DNA of 51,821 nucleotides from a virus. Taxonomy: Duplodnaviria > Caudoviricetes. Made by a program: the position numbers and the translations under genes. Below are positions 1-10,800 of this stretch, in pieces. The stretch is from the IMG/VR virus record IMGVR_UViG_3300017754_001798, positions 1 to 51,821 of that record; one strand, written 5' to 3'. The notes under the pieces were generated by a model. The model saw only the letters and a program-made list of their open reading frames with translations. It made no database searches and was not told the DNA's origin. Positions within the stretch are counted from its first letter, which is position 1, and each line of letters starts with the position of its first letter.

Positions 1-1
1 G

Positions 2-1390
2 GCGACAGGCTCTGTGTCTAACTCGGGTATTACGATTGCCTATCAGATCAATACGGGCTTTCCTATTTACACTATTGGCACCGGTTGGGGCGCAGGTCCT
101 TGGTCTCGAGGCACATGGGGTTCGGGTTATACCACTGGCTTTGGCTTTCAGTTAAGGCTGTGGAGTCAGGCCAACTTTGGTGAGCGTCTGCTCTTTTCTC
201 CTCGTGGCGGTTCGCTTTATGTGTGGGACCCCGGCTCAGGCGCAACTCCCGCGTATGGCACTCGTGGTACAGCCGTTACAGGTACGGATTGCCCGTCCAA
301 AATTAACCAGATTATGGTGTCGGATACCTCACGTATCACGATTGCGTTCGGGTGTAACGACTACGGTGCGTACGATACAACGCCCCAAGACCCATTACTT
401 ATTCGCTGGTCTGAGCAGGAGAGCTACACCGGTTGGACACCAGCAATTACCAATCAAGCAGGTAGTTACCGCCTCTCGCATGGTTCCGAAATCGTCGGGG
501 CGTTACAGACTCGACAAGAAATTATTGTATGGACTGACGCATCTATCTACTCCATGCAGTACCTCGGCCCACCACTAGTGTATGGCTTCACTTTACTTGC
601 GGACAACATTTCTATTGTCTCCCCCAACGCTATGGCAACTGCTGCCGGTGTTGTGTACTGGATGGGGGTTGATAAGTTTTACATCTACTCAGGCCGAGTT
701 GAGACCCTACCCTGCTCAGTGCGTCAGTTCATCTTTAACGACATTAATCGAGATCAGGAAGCGCAGTTCAACGCGGGCACCAACGAGGGTTATTCTGAAG
801 TCTGGTGGAACTATTGCTCCAAGAACTCAACCGTCATTGACCGCTACGTCATCTTTAATTATCTGGACCGCGTCTGGTACTACGGTACGTTAGACCGAAC
901 CGCTTGGTTAGACTCCCCCCTGCGTCAGTTTCCTATGGCGGCTACACCGGGTAATATTATTGTGTACCACGAAGCGGCGGTGGACGATGGCTCAACCAAC
1001 CCACCCAGCCCAATCAATGCGTACATTCAATCGTCTGACTTTGATATTGGTGACGGCCACAACTACGGCTACGTATGGCGGATGATCCCGGACATTACGT
1101 TTGATGGCTCGGATACGACTGGCGCTACATCGGACAAGCCATTCGTGCAGTTCACAGTACGTCCCAAGCAGAACCCCGGTTCAAACTACGGCACAGCCTT
1201 GTCCCCAACAGTAACTTCAGCGCAGAGTTACGCGGGGCAGACGACTTACAACGTGCAGCAGTTCACCGAGATCGTGTACAGCCGAGTGCGTGGTCGCCAG
1301 ATGGCGTTCAAGATTGAGTCAAACAGTGTTGGTACCCAGTGGCAGTTGGGTGTGCCGCGTATTGATGTGCGTCCTGACGGTAGAAACTGA
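2..1390 (+). CDS. Tail tubular/stabilization protein (P22 gp10 / T7 gp12-like), 5'-truncated
   Basis: Frame is open from the window edge; W/G/D-rich beta-propeller-like sequence (LLIRWSEQE, VYWMGVDKFYIYSG) ending PDGRN; precedes ejection-protein genes. Confidence 0.75.
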   Translation, partial: ATGSVSNSGITIAYQINTGFPIYTIGTGWGAGPWSRGTWGSGYTTGFGFQLRLWSQANFGERLLFSPRGGSLYVWDPGSGATPAYGTRGTAVTGTDCPSKINQIMVSDTSRITIAFGCNDYGAYDTTPQDPLLIRWSEQESYTGWTPAITNQAGSYRLSHGSEIVGALQTRQEIIVWTDASIYSMQYLGPPLVYGFTLLADNISIVSPNAMATAAGVVYWMGVDKFYIYSGRVETLPCSVRQFIFNDINRDQEAQFNAGTNEGYSEVWWNYCSKNSTVIDRYVIFNYLDRVWYYGTLDRTAWLDSPLRQFPMAATPGNIIVYHEAAVDDGSTNPPSPINAYIQSSDFDIGDGHNYGYVWRMIPDITFDGSDTTGATSDKPFVQFTVRPKQNPGSNYGTALSPTVTSAQSYAGQTTYNVQQFTEIVYSRVRGRQMAFKIESNSVGTQWQLGVPRIDVRPDGRN

Positions 1391-2259
1391 TGACGATATT
1401 CACACAGGTCGTTACAACAGAAGAATCATCACTTACGGTGGTGAGCGCCCCCACGTTGCCTTTTGCACCCGTGCAGTACCAGCGCGAATACCAAGACACG
1501 CTAAATAACATCTTGCGTCTGTATTTCAACCGAATCGACGCATTGGTAAGTCAGCTACGGGTTGGTAACTTGAATACGCTGGCGCTGCCACAAGGCGCGT
1601 TCTTCCAAGACGGTGTGACTACGCTATCTGCGGGTATAAACAACGCAGTAACAACTATTCCTGTGGTGTCCACGACAGGCTTTCAAAATGCAGGGGCGTT
1701 CATTATTGGGTCTAAAGTTATAACGTATACCGGCAAGACCGCAACTTCATTTACTGGGTGTACCCGTGGTCAATATGGATCAAGCAACGCTGCTCATTTA
1801 GCTGGCGTTTATGTAGGCGAGGCGCAAGCCCCGACGGGTGCGGTTGCGCTTATTATGTCGGATACAACTAGTAGTAATGGCGTGGCGTTAGACCCGGCAG
1901 ATAAGTCCAAGGTAGTGTTTACAACGGCTGGGTATTACAACGTCCAGTTCAGCTTGCAGCTACTGTCGTTTGATAATGCGGTGGATAACGTAACAATCTG
2001 GTTTTCAAAGAACGGCACCAACATCGACTACAGCGCGGGTCTTGGTACCATTCCAGCAAGGATCAGTGCTACTAAGCCAGCTACGGCAATCATCTCGTGG
2101 AACATCATTATCCCGATGAACGCCAACGACTACATTCAGCTTTACTTCGCATCAGATAGCGGCAACACCTTGGCAGTGACTTACCCGCCCGGAACCAGCC
2201 CAGCACACCCGACTTCACCGTCAGTTATTTTAACAGCAACATTTACTTCGGCGCTGTAA
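1390..2259 (+). CDS. Tail-associated structural protein
   Basis: 289 aa; start overlaps the upstream stop (TGATG); N-terminal helix (LNNILRLYFNRID) then T/S/G-rich beta domain. Confidence 0.6.
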   Translation: MTIFTQVVTTEESSLTVVSAPTLPFAPVQYQREYQDTLNNILRLYFNRIDALVSQLRVGNLNTLALPQGAFFQDGVTTLSAGINNAVTTIPVVSTTGFQNAGAFIIGSKVITYTGKTATSFTGCTRGQYGSSNAAHLAGVYVGEAQAPTGAVALIMSDTTSSNGVALDPADKSKVVFTTAGYYNVQFSLQLLSFDNAVDNVTIWFSKNGTNIDYSAGLGTIPARISATKPATAIISWNIIIPMNANDYIQLYFASDSGNTLAVTYPPGTSPAHPTSPSVILTATFTSAL

Positions 2260-2319
2260 GCCTATGCTTTGCGTACGTACGATGTTAAACTTTGACAAAT
2301 TTTTCAGGATGAGGTAGCG

Positions 2320-4146
2320 ATGAGCCTCCACGACTTAGCCAATCAAGTACAGAGCGCCGGACGAGGGGAGGACAAAGTACTTGTCCATATGACCCCCGGA
2401 GAAGTTAAGGGGCTGCAATCTCTTGCCATGGCGCATGGTGGATCCCTTACAGTCAATCCAGAAACAGGCTTGCCTGAAGCTGGAATTCTGAAAAGTCTAC
2501 TCCCTACACTTATTGGTTTTGGTCTGGCCCCGCTTACGGGCGGTTTGTCCGCAGCTTTGATCACCGGTGCTGGTTATACAGCGGCCACGGGCAGTCTGAA
2601 GAAAGGCATCATGGCAGGTCTTGGCGCTTATGGTGGCGCGGGGCTGGCACAGGGGTTGAGTTCGATGGGTGCGCAAGCGGCAAACGCAGGGGCAACAGGG
2701 GTTTCTAACGCCGCAGCGACGTCTCACATGCAGATAGGTAATTCATACAGCACTCTTGCTGCCCCAACCACAACAACCGCAGCGAACGCAGCAACAACCG
2801 CTGCTAGAGGATTATCGCCAGAAGCAGCGGCAGCGCTTAAAGGCGGGCCGTATCCGTACGATATAGCGGCTAAATCAGCAACACCGATCTCCAGACCATT
2901 TACCGACTACATGAGCCAAGTGGGACAAGGCGCTAAAAACGTGTACGCGGGGGGCACTGAAGGACTAAAAGCATTGGGTGCAGCAATGCCAGAGTACTCT
3001 ATTACAGGCGGTCTCCTTGGCACGGCAGGGACATATGGGATTGAAAAGCAGGAAGAAGCCGAAGAAGAGATGCGCAAACGAAAAGACGCGCTAAATACTG
3101 GCATGATTCGTCCTTATACTTTTGACTATAACGCAACTAACGTAGCAGCAGAACCTTATTCGGGCAGTGCAGAGCGTACATACTTCCAACCTACATTTAC
3201 AGCACAAGAACCATACAAAGCTCCCGGCCCTGAATATGCGGCTAAAGGTGGTTTAATGGGCTTGGCTGTTGGGGGTCCTGTTGAGGATATGGCCGCGATG
3301 AACGCAGTGGGTGCGAATACAGGTTATCCCATGGCTGCTTTGCAAACACCTATGTACTCTAACCCTGCGATGCAGCGCCCAGAAGCTACAAACGTGGTTG
3401 CGCCCTCGGCTGATTATGGTGTGAGTACTTATAGCGGGGAACCACGGTTTGCCAAAGGTGGTGGTACAGCAGAGCCACAAAGCAGCGGGTACACGTACAA
3501 CTATGATCCCAAAACTATGCAGTTTACGCAGACGGGCGGCCCCGGTACATCGGGGGGAATCGGAGGTTTTGGTAGGGGCATCATTACGGGGCCAGAAAGT
3601 TTTGCGCTGACTCAAAAACAATATCAAGCAGCGTTAGCAGACAAAAACGCGCGGCAAGCTGCAGTGCCCAACGGTACAGTAAGCGGTGGCGTGGTTGCGC
3701 CTGTCATGCAGCCTACATCCCCAGTACAGCCTTTTATACCCAATATTGATATTCCGGCTTATCAAACGCCTGAACAACGGCTGGGGTTGGGTGGGTTTTA
3801 TGACATGATGAACCAACAAATGGGCGGGTATGGTGGCTACGCTGCTGGAGGTGGGGTTTCGCACCTTGGCGACTATTCTGATGGTGGGCGACTTTTGAAA
3901 GGACCCGGCGATGGAGTTTCGGATTCTATCCCTGCTTCTATTGGTGACAGGCAACCTGCTCGTCTTGCTGATGGTGAGTTTGTGGTTCCCGCACGTATTG
4001 TGTCCGAAATCGGAAACGGCTCAACCGAAGCCGGTGCCCGTAAACTCTACGCGATGATGGATCGCGTGCAAAAAGCACGACGCAAAACCACAGGTAAAAA
4101 CCAAGTAGCTGCAAATACGAAAGCGGAAAAACTGTTACCTGCATGA
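2320..4146 (+). CDS. Internal virion/ejection protein
   Basis: 608 aa, G/A-rich, GAGG RBS; LTVNPETGLPEA and GPGDGVSDSIPA...RLADGEFVVPA motifs typical of phage ejection/tape-measure-associated proteins. Confidence 0.65.
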   Translation: MSLHDLANQVQSAGRGEDKVLVHMTPGEVKGLQSLAMAHGGSLTVNPETGLPEAGILKSLLPTLIGFGLAPLTGGLSAALITGAGYTAATGSLKKGIMAGLGAYGGAGLAQGLSSMGAQAANAGATGVSNAAATSHMQIGNSYSTLAAPTTTTAANAATTAARGLSPEAAAALKGGPYPYDIAAKSATPISRPFTDYMSQVGQGAKNVYAGGTEGLKALGAAMPEYSITGGLLGTAGTYGIEKQEEAEEEMRKRKDALNTGMIRPYTFDYNATNVAAEPYSGSAERTYFQPTFTAQEPYKAPGPEYAAKGGLMGLAVGGPVEDMAAMNAVGANTGYPMAALQTPMYSNPAMQRPEATNVVAPSADYGVSTYSGEPRFAKGGGTAEPQSSGYTYNYDPKTMQFTQTGGPGTSGGIGGFGRGIITGPESFALTQKQYQAALADKNARQAAVPNGTVSGGVVAPVMQPTSPVQPFIPNIDIPAYQTPEQRLGLGGFYDMMNQQMGGYGGYAAGGGVSHLGDYSDGGRLLKGPGDGVSDSIPASIGDRQPARLADGEFVVPARIVSEIGNGSTEAGARKLYAMMDRVQKARRKTTGKNQVAANTKAEKLLPA

Positions 4147-4604
4147 GTTACACATTTCATCTTGGCCGATTTAAAGAAACATACGAAGAGTTGGAACCTT
4201 TGTATAGACAGCATTATGCTGAGATGACGGATAGGCTAGAGAAAAATGGCATACCATATTCTTCTTACAACCCGAGGCTAGACCGATACATATCCGCAGG
4301 AGATCGAGGAGATTTGTTGACATTCGTTCTGAGGTTTGATGGTGAGGCGGTTGGCTACAGTAATGTCTACCTTACGAATGATATGCACAATGGTGATTTA
4401 ATTGCCCAAGAAGATACTATTTTTGTACTTAAAGAGCATAGAAACGGTGTCGGTAAAAAACTTGTTAGAGTTATTTTAGAAGAACTGAAAGAGCGCGGAG
4501 TTAAAAGAGTATCTGTTGCCGCGCTTACCGATTTGAGAGTTGCCAAACTTTGGAAGCGAATGGGCTTTAAAGAGGCAGCGATTCAAATGATGTATACATT
4601 TTAA
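4143..4604 (+). CDS. GNAT-family acetyltransferase
   Basis: Acetyl-CoA motif A FVLKEHRNGVGKKL and C-terminal KLWKRMGF; ATGA overlap with upstream stop. Confidence 0.8.
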   Translation: MSYTFHLGRFKETYEELEPLYRQHYAEMTDRLEKNGIPYSSYNPRLDRYISAGDRGDLLTFVLRFDGEAVGYSNVYLTNDMHNGDLIAQEDTIFVLKEHRNGVGKKLVRVILEELKERGVKRVSVAALTDLRVAKLWKRMGFKEAAIQMMYTF

Positions 4605-4613
4605 GGTGCTGCT

Positions 4614-5582
4614 ATGTGCTCATCCTCTGAACCGCAACCAACTAGTACAAACCAAACAACTACAACTATTCCAGAATACGCCAAGCCGTATGTGGAAAAG
4701 ATGTTGGGTAAAACAGAAGCCCTTAGTAACGCCCCCTATCAAGCCTATGGTGGTGAGCGTATTGCTGGGTTTACGCCAATGCAGCAGCAAGCGCAACAGG
4801 CGGCAGCTAATTTGGGTCCAGCAAGGCAAATAGGAGTAGGCACCCAAATGGCTGGACTCGCTGGGTTGGGTGCAATGGGTGCTGGGCAGCAATATCAGCA
4901 AATGGCTACAAATCCATACGCCATGCAAGCTTACATGTCGCCTTATGTAGAGAACGCGTTGGCACCCCAGTTGCGAGAAGCCGCACGACAGTCGGCTATG
5001 GTGGGACAGCAAAACCAAGCCCAAGCAGTACAGCAAGGTGCATTCGGCGGTTCTCGTTCGGCCATAGTCGAGGCAGAGCGTCAGCGTAATCTGGGGCAAA
5101 CGCAATCAGATATTTACAGCCGTGGCATGCAGTCGGCATTTGAAGATGCGCGTCGCGCACAGCAGTTCGGCTCCACGCTAGGACTGCAAGGTATGCAAAC
5201 GGCAGGTCAGATGGCAGGGCAATTAGGGCAATTGGGGCAGACTCAGTTTGGCCAGCAACAACAAGCTTTACAAACCCAAGCACAGATGGGGCAGCAGCAA
5301 CAAGGTTTGGAGCAGCAGCGTCTGGCCCAACAATATCAAGACTATGCGGATCAACGGCAGTATCCATATAAACAGTTGGCGTTCATGTCTGACATGTTGC
5401 GCGGCTTGCCCTTGTCTCAAACTGCGCAAACAATGTATCAAGCTCCACCTTCCATGATGTCTCAACTTGCCGGTTTGGGTATGGCGGGGTACGGTGCATA
5501 TCAAATGTTTGGTAGCCCAAAAGGGCAGGGTAACGCTGATGGTGGGCTTATGGGTCTGGCTATGAAGAAATTGGAGGATTAA
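4614..5582 (+). CDS. Internal virion (DNA ejection/pilot) protein
   Basis: 322 aa, Q/G/A-rich, with YMSPY and GAFGGSR motifs; located in the ejection cluster. Confidence 0.65.
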   Translation: MCSSSEPQPTSTNQTTTTIPEYAKPYVEKMLGKTEALSNAPYQAYGGERIAGFTPMQQQAQQAAANLGPARQIGVGTQMAGLAGLGAMGAGQQYQQMATNPYAMQAYMSPYVENALAPQLREAARQSAMVGQQNQAQAVQQGAFGGSRSAIVEAERQRNLGQTQSDIYSRGMQSAFEDARRAQQFGSTLGLQGMQTAGQMAGQLGQLGQTQFGQQQQALQTQAQMGQQQQGLEQQRLAQQYQDYADQRQYPYKQLAFMSDMLRGLPLSQTAQTMYQAPPSMMSQLAGLGMAGYGAYQMFGSPKGQGNADGGLMGLAMKKLED

Positions 5583-7877
5583 ATGAAACCGATGTCGCTT
5601 ACTTCTCCCGAATCCATTGCCAGTGAGTATAAAGGGAATAAAAAAGCAATCGCCAACGCTGCTCGTATGGGGCTAATCGATCCTACCGCCGCACTCATGG
5701 CGGGGATGTTTATCGACCGTATGCGTAATGCTGCGGCAGAAGAACAAAAACAGCAGACAACCGTAGCGCAAGACGTATTTAACCCACCGATGCAACCACA
5801 GGCGGCACCGCAAGCCTCTATGCAGGGTCAAGCTCAACCCCAACCCCAAATGCAACAGCCTCAAATGGCGCAAGGTATTCCTGCTGCGCAGATGGCTGCA
5901 GCCCAACCACAAATGGCTCCGGGTGTGGAAGGTCTTCCTACTGGTGATGTGGGTGAGTACGCCGGTGGCGGTATTGTGGCATTTGGGGATGGTGGAGATG
6001 TTACAGACGAAGAAGCTAGGGCACTTGGATATTCTAGTGCCGCAGAATATAGAGAGTATAAAAAGTTATATGGCGACAATGTAGGTAGTGTTGAAACAGT
6101 GCCTACAGATGAGGCTAGTGAAATTACTAGGATAGCTCCCGAGTATGGACGGAGGTCATCGATAGAAGAACTTGACTATGGAAGGCTTAGTCCTGAAGAA
6201 CGTAATCAGCGGGTTATCGATGAATATACGCCAACTGAGGGGGTAAGGACTCTATATAATCAACTTGCCAGCCATCGTGCGCAACGTGGAGTTAGTGACC
6301 CAAAGTTTTATACGTCCACACGATTTGATAGACCTAGCGGCAACATTCCTAGAAAAGAAGCTTCTAGAGGAGAAGAGCGCCCGACTTTGCAAGATATTCG
6401 TAACCAGCGCCTTGATTTATCCACACCGTTTGATAGGCCGAGTGGGGTAACAACAAAAGCCGATGCTGCCAGAATGGAAGCAAGACAAGCCGTGCAAGAT
6501 ACGTTTGGACTACCCGGAATAATGAAGGGTAAGACAGATTTATCTACGGGGTTTAGGCAAGAAGGCGCTGCTGTACCTGAAGATAGACGCAGTGCAGCCG
6601 AGGTGCTCCCCCCGATTGCTGACCCTAATGCAGCTAAAACTGTGTCGCTCGGACCTAATCCTTCTAAACCTAACGTAGATAAATATGGGATACCACTTCC
6701 CGATGTAACTGGTAATCTTGAACGTGCAAAGAGACAGGCTAAGGATTTAGTTCCTGAAGTTAAAGAAGAAAGCCAAGCCGACGCTATTAAAGCTACGAAA
6801 GATCTATACACGGCAATGGGAGTTGATCCCGACTTGTATAAGAAACAGCGGGAGACGCTAGAGAAAGAACGGGGCGAACTTAAGTCTGACAAACAGGAAG
6901 CCAGAAACATGCGTCTTATTGAAGCCGGACTGGGTGTCTTGGCTGGTAAGTCGCCGTTTGCGCTTGTAAATATCGGTGAAGGTGCAAGCCCAGCGCTGAA
7001 AGGTCTTGCTCAAGACCTTAAGGATATTAAGAAAGCTGACCGGGATCTTACTCGCGCACAAATGGCGCTGGATACTACCGAGAATCAATTCAAGATTGAT
7101 CAGTCCAAGTCGGTGCAAGCTCGCTTGGAAAAGAATCAAGAACGTGTGGATAAAGCTGCGCAATCACGAGCAACTGCCGCCACTTCGCTTGCAACTTCTT
7201 TAAATGCGCTTGAAGGCTCAAAGTACGAGGCTATGCTCCGTGATTTAACTTCGCGGTCTGTGGCAGAGACACAACTTACAGGGACTAAATATTCTGCAGA
7301 TCAGCAACTTACGGGTACTAAATACCACGCGGATCAGTCTCTTCGGGGGGCACAGGCTCATGCAGCGGCTACTCAATACTCTGCAGATAGAGATGAAAGG
7401 CGTATTGAGCGTGTAATGAAAGATAAAAACATGTCGTATCCTGATGCGCTTGCTTGGGTCCTTGACCAGAAGCACCGCGAGGCTGACCGGTATAACTCAA
7501 TACGTACGTCACTTGGAAGAGCGAACCGTGCTTTAGACGAGGATCCTGCCGCAGGTCGTATAAGAAACGAGATGGGTAAGATCGAAAAGAAATCTGAAAA
7601 AGATAGGACCGCCGAAGACAAAGCTAGACTTGCAGAACTTAAAACTAATTTAAATCGTAGACGAGATGAAGTTTACGCGGAGCATAAAATTACTCCTGAA
7701 TCTTTAAGTTACATAGAATCAGTTGATAGAGATATATCAGGTAGATCCCCTTCTGCGTCCCCAGCCCCTGCCCCTGCTGGTGTAGGTGGATTTGTGGTAA
7801 ATACTCCACAAGGCCCTGTCAGCTTTACAACAAAGGAACAGGCTGACGCGTTCAGAAGACAATATAACCTTCCTTAA
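5583..7877 (+). CDS. Internal virion protein (coiled coil)
   Basis: 764 aa, GGAGG RBS, Q/P-rich N-terminus, long helical region with 11-aa repeats. Confidence 0.55.
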   Translation: MKPMSLTSPESIASEYKGNKKAIANAARMGLIDPTAALMAGMFIDRMRNAAAEEQKQQTTVAQDVFNPPMQPQAAPQASMQGQAQPQPQMQQPQMAQGIPAAQMAAAQPQMAPGVEGLPTGDVGEYAGGGIVAFGDGGDVTDEEARALGYSSAAEYREYKKLYGDNVGSVETVPTDEASEITRIAPEYGRRSSIEELDYGRLSPEERNQRVIDEYTPTEGVRTLYNQLASHRAQRGVSDPKFYTSTRFDRPSGNIPRKEASRGEERPTLQDIRNQRLDLSTPFDRPSGVTTKADAARMEARQAVQDTFGLPGIMKGKTDLSTGFRQEGAAVPEDRRSAAEVLPPIADPNAAKTVSLGPNPSKPNVDKYGIPLPDVTGNLERAKRQAKDLVPEVKEESQADAIKATKDLYTAMGVDPDLYKKQRETLEKERGELKSDKQEARNMRLIEAGLGVLAGKSPFALVNIGEGASPALKGLAQDLKDIKKADRDLTRAQMALDTTENQFKIDQSKSVQARLEKNQERVDKAAQSRATAATSLATSLNALEGSKYEAMLRDLTSRSVAETQLTGTKYSADQQLTGTKYHADQSLRGAQAHAAATQYSADRDERRIERVMKDKNMSYPDALAWVLDQKHREADRYNSIRTSLGRANRALDEDPAAGRIRNEMGKIEKKSEKDRTAEDKARLAELKTNLNRRRDEVYAEHKITPESLSYIESVDRDISGRSPSASPAPAPAGVGGFVVNTPQGPVSFTTKEQADAFRRQYNLP

Positions 7878-7880
7878 ATT

Positions 7881-10800
7881 ATGAACTACCTCGAAGAAGC
7901 TAAAAAATTTGGTGGGACTCCTGTAACCAGCGACACCAAGATAAACTTCTTGGAGGAAGCTAAAAAGATGGGGGGCGCTCCTGTGCCCACCCAGCAAATC
8001 AATTATCTGGATGCCGCCAAACAGTTTGGTGGTATGCCAGTCGCTGCCCCAGACTCGGCTACAAGAGACACAGTAACTAACCCATTTGCTGTAGAGGGTG
8101 CTGCCGCTGCGCCTGTTGTGGATAAAAGCCTTTCTCCAATTGAAGAGACTGTCAAAGGCGTAAAGTCTGGTATATCTAGCGTAAAGAGTATCCCTACTTC
8201 TACCGGCGCTTTTGTTGATGTCGGCGCGGCCCTTACTAACCTAAACATAGCAAGCCTCTACGATAAGATCGACAAGGGAGAGATTACTGATCCGCTGCAG
8301 ATTAAGGCAGGTTCTGATTTTGAGACTTCCCGTGCTCGGATGTATCTAAACTCAAAGCCTGAAACACGTAAGGTGCTTCGGGATAAAGCGACACAAGAAG
8401 TAGCTAACAGAAAAGAAAATATCCAAGAAGCGGTCAATATTCTTCAGCAATACCAAAAAGAAAACCTAGTAAACAAAGGCCGTACCCAAGATTTAACTGA
8501 CATAGAAGGCGTTACAGATTTTGCAAATTGGGCCGCGTTTAACTTAGGTTCAGGTGGTGTACAACTCGTACCTATTATTGCCGCTGCCGTTACTACTGGC
8601 GGTCTAGGCGTGTTTGCCACTGGCACCACTATGGAATTGTCAGGCGGGGTGCAGAACCGTCTCAACTATATTGTTGATAAAACTAAGGACATACAAGACC
8701 CTAAAGCTAAAGCCGACGCTGTCTTTGATTACTTGGCAAAGAGTGGAGATGTTACGCTGGCTTCAGCTATCGCGTCCGGTACCGTCGATGTAATTCTTGG
8801 CCCTGCGGCGGAACTAATCAAGCGCCCTGCTGCACAACTTATAAAAGAACAAACCAGAAAAGAGATCGCCAAAGAGATTCCAAAAGCAATAATCAAGCAA
8901 GGCGGTGAAGAATTTCTGGCTGGTGGCATTCAGGAAACTATTCAGATCGCTGCTGAACGTGCTTTGGGTGAGCAGACTGGTGACTTCCTTACTAAAGAAA
9001 ATATCAAGCGTATTGTCAACGCTGCCGCTGCCGAATCCGTTGCTGGTGGTGCATATGGCGGTGGGGCTAAAGCTGTACAAGCTGCATTCGCTAAACCCAG
9101 TACAAGCGGGGTCAATACTTCTACAGCAGAAGGAAGGGCCATGGCAGGGCTGGATGCGCTTGCAGCCAGCGAAGAAGCCGCTACTACTGCCGCTACAGAA
9201 GCTACTACAAGAGCCAAAAGAGAAAGTGGTGCTGGCGCTGCTCAACCTTTACGCACCCTTGATAGTCTCACTACACAAGAAGTAAGTAATATAGAGCGAC
9301 AGCTTTTTGCTGAACTTGGCCGGGCTCCCACTGCTGAAGAACTTGAAGGGGCATTCAATGAATATATTGCCGAGCAGAATGCAAGTTTGGGAGTTGAGTC
9401 CGGAGCTAGTGTCGCTGGCGTTTCTAATACTGGTGCAGAACAACCAGCCGGAGCCGCCGGGGTTTCCGATACCGGAGCCGCTGCAACACCTGACGCCGGA
9501 GGACTGGGGGTATCTGGAGTTTCTACTGGTCAGCTTGAGGCTGGAACAACAGAACAGCTTGGTGCATTAGAAGAAGCAGAAACTTTATATACTGAACTAT
9601 CCGCTGAATCTGATGCGGCTTGGGAAGAATACCAAGCTGCCAAAAATGCGTACGAGGCACTTACTGAAAATACTCCGGAAGATGTACAAGCCGAAATATA
9701 CAACGCGTACAGAGCTACTAGAGATAAGTGGTCAGCACTAACAGACGAAGCTATCGCCGCGAAAGAAAACTATAATTTTTTGCTTGAAGGGCTTAAAACT
9801 CCGGAGCAAATCGCAGATGAGTCTACTGAAGGCATTCCTTCTACAGAAGATGTAGAAGCTGCTGCGCCAGAAGCAGAAGAAGTAATTACGGAAGGGGAAC
9901 CTGCGAGTGTAGAAGCCCTCGCTACCAGCTACGCGGACGAGTTGTTCGAGGCTAACCCTGACTATGATGTAGAAGAATACGACGCCGCTGAAACCAAATT
10001 ATTTGAGGATCTCAAAGCCCAAGGACTAACCGACCAAGTGGCGAGGGATACTGCGTCTAAAGTTTTTAGCGACAGACTGGTTGAGTTGGATGAGGGTCGA
10101 GAAGGCAAGATATTTAAGAGTCTGACCCCTACTCCCGCCACGTACATATCTCCCGCTGTTGGTAGCGTGCCTACTAACAAATTTGGTATTAATCGGCTTA
10201 ACAAACTTTACAGTGATGGAAAGATATCAGCGCAGGAATACGCTGATGGGATGATCAAACTCTACGAAGAGCTTGAAGATAAGGCTATCAAAAAGTCCAT
10301 GTCGCGGGGGCTCAAGAGGGAACGTGGGCTTGGTGCGGTTATAAAAGCGTTGGAGGACGCGGTTAAAAAAGGGCGTATTAGCGAAGAAACCGCCGAGTTC
10401 GCTAAGTGGCTGCTATTACAGAATCCAGCTATTGCTGCGGATTTGGCAATCTCTATCAAGATTCCGCAGACTGTACGGGCGCAGGAACAAAACGCTGGGG
10501 TTGCTGGTTTTTATAGCGATATGGCCCGCTTGGTTCGAATCATTACCCGTAAAAACGAAGACGGTAAGTACCTTGCTACCCCTTCTGATGTCGCTGTGCA
10601 TGAGATATTGCACCACATGGAGCGTATGCTCCCCACTGAGCTACGTGCCTTAATCCGCGAAGAATGGAAGGTGCGGGTACAAAAGGCGATGGACAAAGCA
10701 GTCAAGGAAAACAACTTAGAAGTTATAAAGTACCTTGCGCTGGTAGTTAATGGTAACGCTGCTCAGTCCTCCGGCGTGATGCAAGAAGCCGAGAACATGA

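Noticed and set aside
6308-6910. 200-aa antisense ORF (and similar ones within the giant gene and primase)
   Set aside because: Ser/Leu-rich shadow frames of long sense genes.
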